A DNA stretch of 17,029 bases from an uncultured Thermococci archaeon (GTDB lineage: Archaea > Methanobacteriota_B > Thermococci > Thermococcales > Thermococcaceae): contig CAZTOS010000015.1 of the NCBI GenBank assembly GCA_964615185.1, positions 19,342-36,370 on the forward strand, written 5' to 3'. Of this stretch, positions 9,299-16,193 are shown in pieces; position 1 is the stretch's first letter, and every line of letters begins with the position of its first letter. A program made the translations under genes and the position numbers. The notes beneath the pieces were generated by a model. That model searched no databases, was not told the origin of the DNA, and saw only the letters and a program-made list of their open reading frames with translations.

Positions 9299-9973
9299 AT
9301 GGCTGAACAAGGGTTTGGATTCATCTTTTCTAAAATGAGAGCTGGTGAAACGGTGCTCATCGAATATTCATCCGCATCATCTCCCGAGGTTCTTCTTTAC
9401 GTCATGGGAAAGTATTGTCAGCAAAAGAATATTCCGATGATAATAGATGATGTTGCTGATACAATGGTGGAGTTCTTAACACGTCTGGAGCTTATGGGAC
9501 TTTCTGTAGAAAGATTTCAAAACGTTGCTGTAATAAAAATAGGGGGTCATAGGATAAGTGGAAAGATTGTTGGTAAAATTGATATCGAAAAATATTTCCT
9601 TGACCCTCAATATTATATTCCCGTTTATGAAAGAGTCCGTCCCTCTAAGATGGTATGCAATCCTGTTCTTGGAGTTTACAAGCTTTTTCTGATAAACACA
9701 ATAAAGGAGTTTGGGGAAGGAGGTATTAGGCTTCTTAGGAATATATCCAAGTATGTAGGAAATACAACCCGTATAGCATTTTATTTCCTCAACCATGACC
9801 TCATGAAATCTAAGTTTCCCGAGTTGCTTTATCTTTTTGAAGAAATTTCTACATCTATCATGCAATGGGAAAGAAAAGGGAGTGTATTCCAGCTGAAGGT
9901 TGTTAAATCAGCAAACAATGAAATCCTTGATAAAATTGCCACAATTACCTTTGATGAAATAATGAAAATGTGA
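9299..9973 (+). CDS. DUF257-family protein (Thermococcales; degenerate RecA/KaiC-like fold)
   Basis: Has GETVLIEYSS...PE, IIDDVADT, VIKIGG, GNTTRIAFYFLN and FEEISTS. It has its own TATA (TTTATA 9258-9263) and SD GGTGGT at 9287-9292. Confidence 0.75.
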   Translation: MAEQGFGFIFSKMRAGETVLIEYSSASSPEVLLYVMGKYCQQKNIPMIIDDVADTMVEFLTRLELMGLSVERFQNVAVIKIGGHRISGKIVGKIDIEKYFLDPQYYIPVYERVRPSKMVCNPVLGVYKLFLINTIKEFGEGGIRLLRNISKYVGNTTRIAFYFLNHDLMKSKFPELLYLFEEISTSIMQWERKGSVFQLKVVKSANNEILDKIATITFDEIMKM

Positions 9974-10016
9974 GACATTGCCAAAACAATGAATTGGCAA
10001 AATAAATATTTTGTTG

Positions 10017-10238
10017 TTATCCATGATAATATTCTTCAAAAAGTGCTGATTTTTCTTCCTCCCAAATGCTTTTCCATTTAAACGGATCTTTTTCTTCTCT
10101 TGCATCTTCTTTGGGTTGTTCAATCTCTATTTTAGGATGCTCCTTATGCATAAAACTTGCTAACCAGAGAAAAGCGAAAGGTCCAGTAAGGATGAGTAGC
10201 ATTAGGAAGATAATAATCTTTTTCCGTTTTTCGTTCAT
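10017..10238 (-). CDS. Small single-TM membrane protein, hypothetical
   Basis: MNEKRKK is followed by a hydrophobic helix and a charged tail. ATG 10238 sits about 26 nt downstream of minus-strand TATA TTTAATATA (10272-10264). The ORF track's longer start at 10319 runs through the upstream gene's U-tract. Confidence 0.55.
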   Translation of the reverse strand: MNEKRKKIIIFLMLLILTGPFAFLWLASFMHKEHPKIEIEQPKEDAREEKDPFKWKSIWEEEKSALFEEYYHG

Positions 10239-10291
10239 ATATTTGGCTTTTAATATCACCAGGTATATTAAACTTAGCGAAACCTGGTCAG

Positions 10292-10312
10292 TAAAAAAAG
10301 GTAAATAAAAAA
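10292..10312 (-). terminator. U-tract terminator of the bPH-SHOCT gene
   Basis: The minus strand reads TTTTTTATTTACCTTTTTTTA directly after the stop at 10316. Confidence 0.55.
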
Positions 10313-10315
10313 GCT

Positions 10316-10888
10316 TCAAATCTTTTCCAGGAGCTTTTTCCTCTTTTCTTCGTACTCTTCTTGGGTTATAACCCCCATATCATAGAGTTCTTTTAACTTT
10401 TTGAGCTTCTCAAGGGGATCTTCTTCTCTCTTTTCTCTAAATTTCCTTGGTTCCATTCTAATTGATCTGCTCACAGCTTCCTTTGGCTTGTGGATAGCCC
10501 ACTCTTCACTCATCAGATGTTTCTTTCTCTCAATGCTTACGGGCTCAACTGCAATCTCATTTAATGCATCTCTAATGGCTTCTATTGCCTTTCTTGCTTC
10601 ATCTTTATCCATCTTTGTCAGCTTAATCTCGCTTCCATCTTCCTTCTTAATTAGAAACTCTGAGTACATTTTTCCAACCTTTACATAAACAAGTTCAAGC
10701 TTCTCATAGGGAACAGCTGTTAGCTCATACCTTCCCAATAGCTTTTCATCAACATATAGAATTCTTCTATCAGTTATAACCAGCCATTTGGGTTTTGCCT
10801 CTAAGCTGAATTTCTTTTTTATGGCATATAGGACTTCTTCATTGGGGTAAAGATTTTCTATAATCCCCTTTGGGAGTTTTCCGCTCAT
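10316..10888 (-). CDS. Bacterial-type PH domain plus C-terminal SHOCT domain protein
   Basis: Has LYPNEEVLY...WLVITDRRILYVD (bPH) and C-terminal LEKLKKLKELYDMGVITQEEYEEKRKKLL (SHOCT). The SD AGGTGAT is at about 10896-10902. Confidence 0.8.
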   Translation of the reverse strand: MSGKLPKGIIENLYPNEEVLYAIKKKFSLEAKPKWLVITDRRILYVDEKLLGRYELTAVPYEKLELVYVKVGKMYSEFLIKKEDGSEIKLTKMDKDEARKAIEAIRDALNEIAVEPVSIERKKHLMSEEWAIHKPKEAVSRSIRMEPRKFREKREEDPLEKLKKLKELYDMGVITQEEYEEKRKKLLEKI

Positions 10889-10964
10889 GGAATTATCACC
10901 TGTATTTTACTATATTCAAGTTGTATATTAAGCTTTGCACGTGAAAACAATTCCTCACTAAAAC

Positions 10965-10980
10965 CAAAAAGTATATTAAC
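10965..10980 (+). promoter_or_regulatory. BRE/TATA promoter, copy 1 (CAAAAAGTATATTAAC)
   Basis: A purine-rich BRE is followed by TATATTAA. An identical 16-mer occurs at 12027-12042. Confidence 0.7.
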
Positions 10981-11004
10981 CAAAGTATATATAACATGTT
11001 AAAA

Positions 11005-11047
11005 GCAAAGCCTGTCCCGCTTTTCTTTTCTGCGAGATGGTTTTTGC
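11005..11047 (+). ncRNA. Conserved leader hairpin, copy 1 (candidate cis-regulatory RNA)
   Basis: GCAAAGCC-T-GTCCCGC [TTTTCTTTTCT] GCGAGAT-GGTTTTTGC, homologous to 12088-12129. It abuts the SD GGTGGTGA at 11051-11058. Confidence 0.6.
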
Positions 11048-11062
11048 ATTGGTGGTGATATA

Positions 11063-11470
11063 GTGAAAAAACAACTCGTGGTCATGGGATTTTGGGTACT
11101 AACCTTACCTTTAGTGCTATGTCAGGAAGGTGGAGATTATTTAACGGGTCTCAGGATAGGAGGCCCTTTTATTGGTGCTGTACTGATAGCTGCACTCCTT
11201 CTCTTGCTCTGGCTAACTCGAAAATACTTGGTTAAATTTATTCTTGTCTCCATTGTGGCTGTGACCCTTGGGGGCGTTGGGTACTTAATTGGCTCGATGT
11301 TTATTCAAGGTCTTGAAGTACCCTTGGGTATGGGATTCTTTATTCTTGGTCTTCTGGTGTCCCTGAAGATGCCGAAGGCAAAAGGTAGGAGTGCTATTAG
11401 GACATCACTTGGGAGCAACGAAGATGAGAGCGGGTTTTTTGATAATGACGAATGGGACTGGAGTGATTAA
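11063..11470 (+). CDS. Hypothetical membrane protein (signal-like N-terminus, about 3 TM, acidic/aromatic tail)
   Basis: GTG start with SD GGTGGTGA, several hydrophobic segments, and the tail NEDESGFFDNDEWDWSD. Confidence 0.7.
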   Translation: MKKQLVVMGFWVLTLPLVLCQEGGDYLTGLRIGGPFIGAVLIAALLLLLWLTRKYLVKFILVSIVAVTLGGVGYLIGSMFIQGLEVPLGMGFFILGLLVSLKMPKAKGRSAIRTSLGSNEDESGFFDNDEWDWSD

Positions 11471-11537
11471 GGATGATGGGGAATTTTCGTTTGAGAAAAG
11501 GAACCAAACAAAGCTATAAAGTAAAGGAGGTGAGAAT

Positions 11538-11924
11538 ATGGGACTAATAAAGAAGCTCATAATAGGATTCATTGTCCTGCTTGTTGTGGGAGTTGCATTT
11601 ACATTTGGTATTTACCATTACACTCTTGCAACCCATGAAAAGGAACTAATCATAAGCCAGAGCGAGACAGTTAACGGCCCAGTTTATTATACCTCAGCCG
11701 TTTTACCCGCTGGAAAATACTTTATAGAAGCAGAAAGCTCAGGAGTCGTTGAAGGCGTGCAAATACTCAAAGCGGACACAGATGAAGTTGTGACAGAATT
11801 TGAAGGTGGAAATGTCATATACAGTTCAGCAAATCCTTTCAGGGTTCGCATTCAGTACAATGCACCAAATCCAAATGAAGACTACACGGTCTCTGTTAAG
11901 ATATATCGGCTTGTGAAAAAGTGA
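11538..11924 (+). CDS. Hypothetical N-terminally membrane-anchored beta-rich protein, paralog 1
   Basis: Perfect SD GGAGGTGA at 11526-11533 and an N-terminal TM helix. Clearly similar to 15715-16098. Confidence 0.8.
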   Translation: MGLIKKLIIGFIVLLVVGVAFTFGIYHYTLATHEKELIISQSETVNGPVYYTSAVLPAGKYFIEAESSGVVEGVQILKADTDEVVTEFEGGNVIYSSANPFRVRIQYNAPNPNEDYTVSVKIYRLVKK

Positions 11925-11929
11925 TCTTG

Positions 11930-11961
11930 GAGTTTTGTTTCTTGTTTATCTTTTTTCTTTT
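11930..11961 (+). terminator. U-rich archaeal terminator ending unit 1
   Basis: GTTTTGTTTCTTGTTTATCTTTTTTCTTTT follows just after the stop at 11924. Confidence 0.6.
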
Positions 11962-12026
11962 AGTTAGGAGAAAATGATAGGTCTTTTTTCGACTTCCTTT
12001 GATACCAGATAATCTCATCTAACAAA

Positions 12027-12042
12027 CAAAAAGTATATTAAC
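12027..12042 (+). promoter_or_regulatory. BRE/TATA promoter, copy 2 (CAAAAAGTATATTAAC)
   Basis: Identical to 10965-10980. Confidence 0.7.
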
Positions 12043-12079
12043 AATAAAGAGTTATTGTACATCAAAGGAAAAATGTAAT

Positions 12080-12139
12080 ACACCAAAGCAAAACCTGTCT
12101 CGTTTTTCTTTTCTACGAGATGGTTTTGCAAATTGGTGT
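12080..12139 (+). ncRNA. Conserved leader hairpin, copy 2 (candidate cis-regulatory RNA)
   Basis: ACACCAA-A-GCAAAACC-T-GTCTCGT [TTTTCTTTTCT] ACGAGAT-GGTTTTGC-AAA-TTGGTGT forms three stacked helices of 7, 8 and 7 bp. The core at 12088-12129 is homologous to 11005-11047. Confidence 0.65.
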
Positions 12140-12176
12140 CCCGTAAGTGGAATTCGCTCTCTGGTGTGTGATAGAT

Positions 12177-15100
12177 ATGAAACGAAAAATTGTATTGACA
12201 TTGGCACTTTTGTTATTTGGTTTTAGTTTTATACCTGAGACTTTGGCTCAAAGTGAGGACTACAAACTAATCTATGGCACATATTTTGGATGGGGAAACT
12301 CTGCGGACAACATAATAAGCATTGATGTAAAAGAGGGAGAGGCTTATATTGCCGGGAACCATGCTATGGGAGTTGGCAATGTGGACATCTACTATGCGAA
12401 GTTCACAAAAAGTGGGAGGGATGTTGAGTATATTCACTTCTTTGGTGGAAGTGCAAATGAAGAGATCACAAAAATTAGGGTTGATGGAAACGGCAACATA
12501 TACCTCTTTGGAAAAACCTCATCCAGAGACATGCCTACGAAAAATGCCTTTCAAAGTAAGCTGATTGGCGACAGTGATCTGTTCATTGCCAAGCTCTCCC
12601 CCAATGGTGAACTAATCTTTTCCACTTACTTTGGCGGCGAATATACTGAAGAACCATACGATATGGAAGTTGATAGCGAGGGTAATGTATACATAACAGG
12701 CTACACTAGGCACGCATGGGGCGAGAATAATAACTTGAGGCACATTCCTCTAAAAAATGAGAAAATAGGTGTTGAAGGCATAAAGAAATTCGACTTCTAT
12801 ACAAGACCATTTATAGCAAAATTTGACACAAATGGCAACTTGATATTCTCGACTTATTGGCCTCTTTATGAGATAAATCTGGCTCCAGTTAAGGACGGTC
12901 TCTACATCGGTGGACATACTGTGAATCCAGATTATTATACCACACCGGGTGCATTCGATACTGTATGCGGGATTAAAGAGCAGAAATGCGACCCGTACCT
13001 GAAAAACAGCGATATAGCAATAACAAAGCTTGACAGTAATTTGAATATCGTTTACTCCACCTTCATAGGCTCAACTGGAGCGGATTACCTCAAAGACCTC
13101 TATGTGGACGAAGAAGGTTATGTATACGGTGTGGGAGTTCAGGCATGGAAAAACAATGACTTTCCACTCAAGAATCCATCCATGACAAAGCCTGAGGGGG
13201 ATGGGGCTGATTACGGCATTGTTTTCAAGATGACGCCTACACTAAGTGCCCTTGTGTACTCGACGTACTTCATGAGAGAAGCTTCAGTTCACTCGATTAG
13301 AGCTGAGAATGGTGAGGCATATGTAATAGGCATAACTCAGAACGCCACCGGTTCCCATTTAACCACTCCAAATGCCCTCATGCCAAAAGACACTTCCTCA
13401 TTAACACAAAACGCTTTCTTTGCGAAGCTTGATTCAAACGGTCACATTCTGTATTGCACGCTCTTAGGGGGTCACGAAAAGGATTATACTCAAAGAGAAT
13501 GGGCATCCGAAATAGCTGTTGAGAATGGTGAAGCCTACATAGGTGGCTACACCAGAGCCTATGACTTTCCAATTACAAAAGATTCCTTCAAAGAAGAGCC
13601 TGCTAAAGACCTCTCTTATCTTGCTGAGGGTTATATCGTCAAATTTGGCTTTAAAGAATACCCTCCCCAGCTCCCCAAGATAACACTCAACAAGACTATC
13701 TCAATAGGTGAAAGCGTTTGGGGGAAGGACATCAAGGAAGTAAGTGACGGCTATGCAATTTTGGCAGCTTCTGAGGGAAATCCAAGCTATCCAATACTTG
13801 TGAAAACTGATAAAGAGGGTAATCTCATTTGGTTTAAGAAGTACACCAACATAATTGGTGACTTCCCATCTCTTGCCATTGAAAACGATGGCTACCTGAT
13901 CTTTGGAACTCTGGAAGGTAAAGCCACACTTATAAAAACCGACTTAAGTGGAAACATCTTGTGGAGCAAAAACTATGCAGAACATGGGACTTTCCAGAGA
14001 GGAAGAGAGATTATGAAAGTCCAGGATGGTTATATCCTAATGGGTTCCACCAATGGAACTTGGGGCGGAAGTAGGGGGGTTTATGGCGAGTTGTTCTTGG
14101 TAAACGTAGATAAAAGTGGCAATCTTTTATGGGAGAGCTACATTAATGTTGAAAAGCTCGGAATGAGTCCAGACATGATGCCCCATCAAGTTAAGAAAAC
14201 CAAGGACGGCTACATAATAATTGGGGATACTGTAAAAACGAAAAAGAGCAACATGCATAGAATATTTGTCGTCAAAACGAACTTAGAGGGAAAGGAGGAG
14301 TGGGTCAAATATCTTGGGAAGAACAGTGATAAAAAGGAAGATTACGCAGTGGGCTTCAGTGTGGAAGTTCTGGACAACGGATATCTTGTAGCAGGTTACG
14401 TGTACAACAACCTTTTCGGAGGGAGTGATCTCTACATTGCAAGGCTTGATTTAGCTGGCAATTTAGTATGGGAAAAGGTTGAGGGAAAAGTAGAAAGTGA
14501 TGAACCAGTTAAAATCCTAAAAGCTGATGATGGCTTTGTGCTCTTTGACAGAGGAATGGAAAATGCCTGGACAGGTAAGAAAGGTTACTTCTTCAAATTC
14601 AACGATAGGGGCATTAAAGAGTACTCTTTTGATATAGATATGCCAAAGCAAGATTGGGCACTAAATATGGAGAGAGTTAGCGACGGATATTTGCTCTTAT
14701 TGTCAAGTAACTCCTTCAGCAATACTCGTGACCTTTGGCTTATCAAGGTGGAGGCACCACAGTCCACAGAAACCTCGACAAGCACTTCAACCCAGATATC
14801 CACAACTTCAGCTCCAACATCAGTACAAACTTCCTTTAGATACCGCGACGAGTTCAACTCACTGAACAGAGACTTCTGGTGGGTTGGAGAGTGGGTTACC
14901 CTCAGGGAAGCTTACGAGAAGGTTAGGATAGAGAATGGTATACTCGAGATGCCAGTGAAAGAAACGGATAGGAATGGAGTAGTGGTTAGCAAGCCAATAA
15001 AAGTGAACAAAGGCGACATAGTTATAGTCAGGAGGAGAGTTTTGGCTCATTATGCCAATGAGTACTTCCAGGGTGGCTTTGAGTTCTATCAGACAAATGA

Positions 15101-15713
15101 GAGCGCTCTCAAGATAACGAGATATGATAAGTACTGGCTCAACTCGTATGGAAGGAGGCTTTTCGCAGTGGGTTACTATCACTACTACTACGAAAAACCC
15201 GGCGTTTCACTTTATGTGCCGACTAAGAACGGTTTTGCTGTTTATGGCCAGAACTGGAGGAATGCCAAGAACTATGCGGTTTTTGACCCCATCTGGGATA
15301 ACTGGTTTGAGGAGGAGATTATTTACGACACCGGTACAGAGGAAGTAACCTACAAGCTCAACGGACAGGAGGGGAAGATCTTAGCGGCTCCCTACAATAG
15401 CAGTCATATCAGAATTGTCATGCATCCCTATGGATGGTATACCGGACATTATATGAAAGTTGACTGGATTGAAGTGGAAGTAAAGTCTGCTAAGCCATCT
15501 GAAGAAACTACGACAACCCGGACTTCCACAATCCAAACATCAAAAACTTCCACAATCGTAGGAACTGAGAACATTACAGAAACCGCCAAGGAGATTGCAA
15601 CCAGTGCGACAGAAAAAGCTAAGGAAGTTGCTAAGGGAGTCTGCGGACCGGGAATGATAGTTGCAGTGATTCTTCTGCCATTAATCTTAAGGAGAAAGAG
15701 GGAAGGTGCTTAA
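12177..15713 (+). CDS. Large cell-surface protein: SBBP-type beta-propeller, second beta-propeller, ConA/GH16-like domain and CGP-CTERM sorting signal
   Basis: Signal peptide from ATG 12177 (SD GGTGTGTGA at 12163-12171). Repeats of the type F(I/F)AK(L/F)xxNGxLIFSTY span about 12260-13650, and repeats of the type (L/V)(V/I)KTDxxGNLxW span about 13680-14750. S/T linkers flank a domain bounded by FRYRDEFNSLN..FW and MKVDWIEV. The C-terminus is VCGPG, a TM helix and RRKR (15642-15713). Confidence 0.85.
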   Translation: MKRKIVLTLALLLFGFSFIPETLAQSEDYKLIYGTYFGWGNSADNIISIDVKEGEAYIAGNHAMGVGNVDIYYAKFTKSGRDVEYIHFFGGSANEEITKIRVDGNGNIYLFGKTSSRDMPTKNAFQSKLIGDSDLFIAKLSPNGELIFSTYFGGEYTEEPYDMEVDSEGNVYITGYTRHAWGENNNLRHIPLKNEKIGVEGIKKFDFYTRPFIAKFDTNGNLIFSTYWPLYEINLAPVKDGLYIGGHTVNPDYYTTPGAFDTVCGIKEQKCDPYLKNSDIAITKLDSNLNIVYSTFIGSTGADYLKDLYVDEEGYVYGVGVQAWKNNDFPLKNPSMTKPEGDGADYGIVFKMTPTLSALVYSTYFMREASVHSIRAENGEAYVIGITQNATGSHLTTPNALMPKDTSSLTQNAFFAKLDSNGHILYCTLLGGHEKDYTQREWASEIAVENGEAYIGGYTRAYDFPITKDSFKEEPAKDLSYLAEGYIVKFGFKEYPPQLPKITLNKTISIGESVWGKDIKEVSDGYAILAASEGNPSYPILVKTDKEGNLIWFKKYTNIIGDFPSLAIENDGYLIFGTLEGKATLIKTDLSGNILWSKNYAEHGTFQRGREIMKVQDGYILMGSTNGTWGGSRGVYGELFLVNVDKSGNLLWESYINVEKLGMSPDMMPHQVKKTKDGYIIIGDTVKTKKSNMHRIFVVKTNLEGKEEWVKYLGKNSDKKEDYAVGFSVEVLDNGYLVAGYVYNNLFGGSDLYIARLDLAGNLVWEKVEGKVESDEPVKILKADDGFVLFDRGMENAWTGKKGYFFKFNDRGIKEYSFDIDMPKQDWALNMERVSDGYLLLLSSNSFSNTRDLWLIKVEAPQSTETSTSTSTQISTTSAPTSVQTSFRYRDEFNSLNRDFWWVGEWVTLREAYEKVRIENGILEMPVKETDRNGVVVSKPIKVNKGDIVIVRRRVLAHYANEYFQGGFEFYQTNESALKITRYDKYWLNSYGRRLFAVGYYHYYYEKPGVSLYVPTKNGFAVYGQNWRNAKNYAVFDPIWDNWFEEEIIYDTGTEEVTYKLNGQEGKILAAPYNSSHIRIVMHPYGWYTGHYMKVDWIEVEVKSAKPSEETTTTRTSTIQTSKTSTIVGTENITETAKEIATSATEKAKEVAKGVCGPGMIVAVILLPLILRRKREGA

Positions 15714-15714
15714 G

Positions 15715-16098
15715 ATGGGAAAGCTTTCCACTTTTGTGGTGATATTAATCCTGCTTGGTGCAGGAGCGTGGTATTTAAACTACCACCTCAAGCTCTCTGA
15801 ATATGACAAGGAATTACTGTTCAATGAAGAGAAAACTGTTCAAGGAGCTGCATACTACACCTCACCCGTGATTCCAGCAGGTACCTACAGAATCAAGATA
15901 GAGCCGAGCGAAAATGTGGACAATGTAAGAATTATCAGTGAGTCTGGTAAAGTTCTTCATAAGCCTCTTATGGTTGTCAAATCGGATTTCGTTTACACAT
16001 CAGATGTGCCTTTCAAGGTTGAAGTGAAGTTTCATCCAGAAGAAGGCTACAACAAGTACAGCATCTCAGTGAGGATTTACAAGCTCATAAAGAAGTGA
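15715..16098 (+). CDS. Hypothetical N-terminally membrane-anchored beta-rich protein, paralog 2
   Basis: ATG 15715 follows the upstream stop after 1 nt, with SD GGAAGGTG. It shares YH..L....KEL, TV.G..YYTS.V.PAG.Y.I, Y.S..PF.V and SV.IY.L.KK with 11538-11924. Confidence 0.8.
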   Translation: MGKLSTFVVILILLGAGAWYLNYHLKLSEYDKELLFNEEKTVQGAAYYTSPVIPAGTYRIKIEPSENVDNVRIISESGKVLHKPLMVVKSDFVYTSDVPFKVEVKFHPEEGYNKYSISVRIYKLIKK

Positions 16099-16117
16099 TT
16101 TCCATCTTTAAAAATTT

Positions 16118-16145
16118 AGAAAGGGATTCTTCTCCCCTTTCTTTT
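16118..16145 (+). terminator. Hairpin/pyrimidine-tract terminator ending unit 2
   Basis: AGAAAGGG (16118-16125) and CCCTTTCT (16135-16142) form an 8-bp inverted repeat with a pyrimidine-rich loop, followed by TTT. Confidence 0.5.
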
Positions 16146-16193
16146 AGGTAAACTTTATTTACCCTCAAAGCCCTTCTAATTTTCGGTGATCTT

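Noticed and set aside
10965..12139. CRISPR array, IS/MITE ends, or C/D or H/ACA guide RNA as an explanation for the repeats
   Set aside because: There are only two copies about 1.1 kb apart with genes in between. There is no transposase, target-site duplication, K-turn or C/D boxes, and no 3' ACA at the expected position.
14830..15420. Apparently higher GC in the third domain of the surface protein
   Set aside because: Hand counts on a few 60-nt lines (27-30 G+C vs 21-27 upstream) overlap too much to support a claim without a sliding-window or GC3 calculation.
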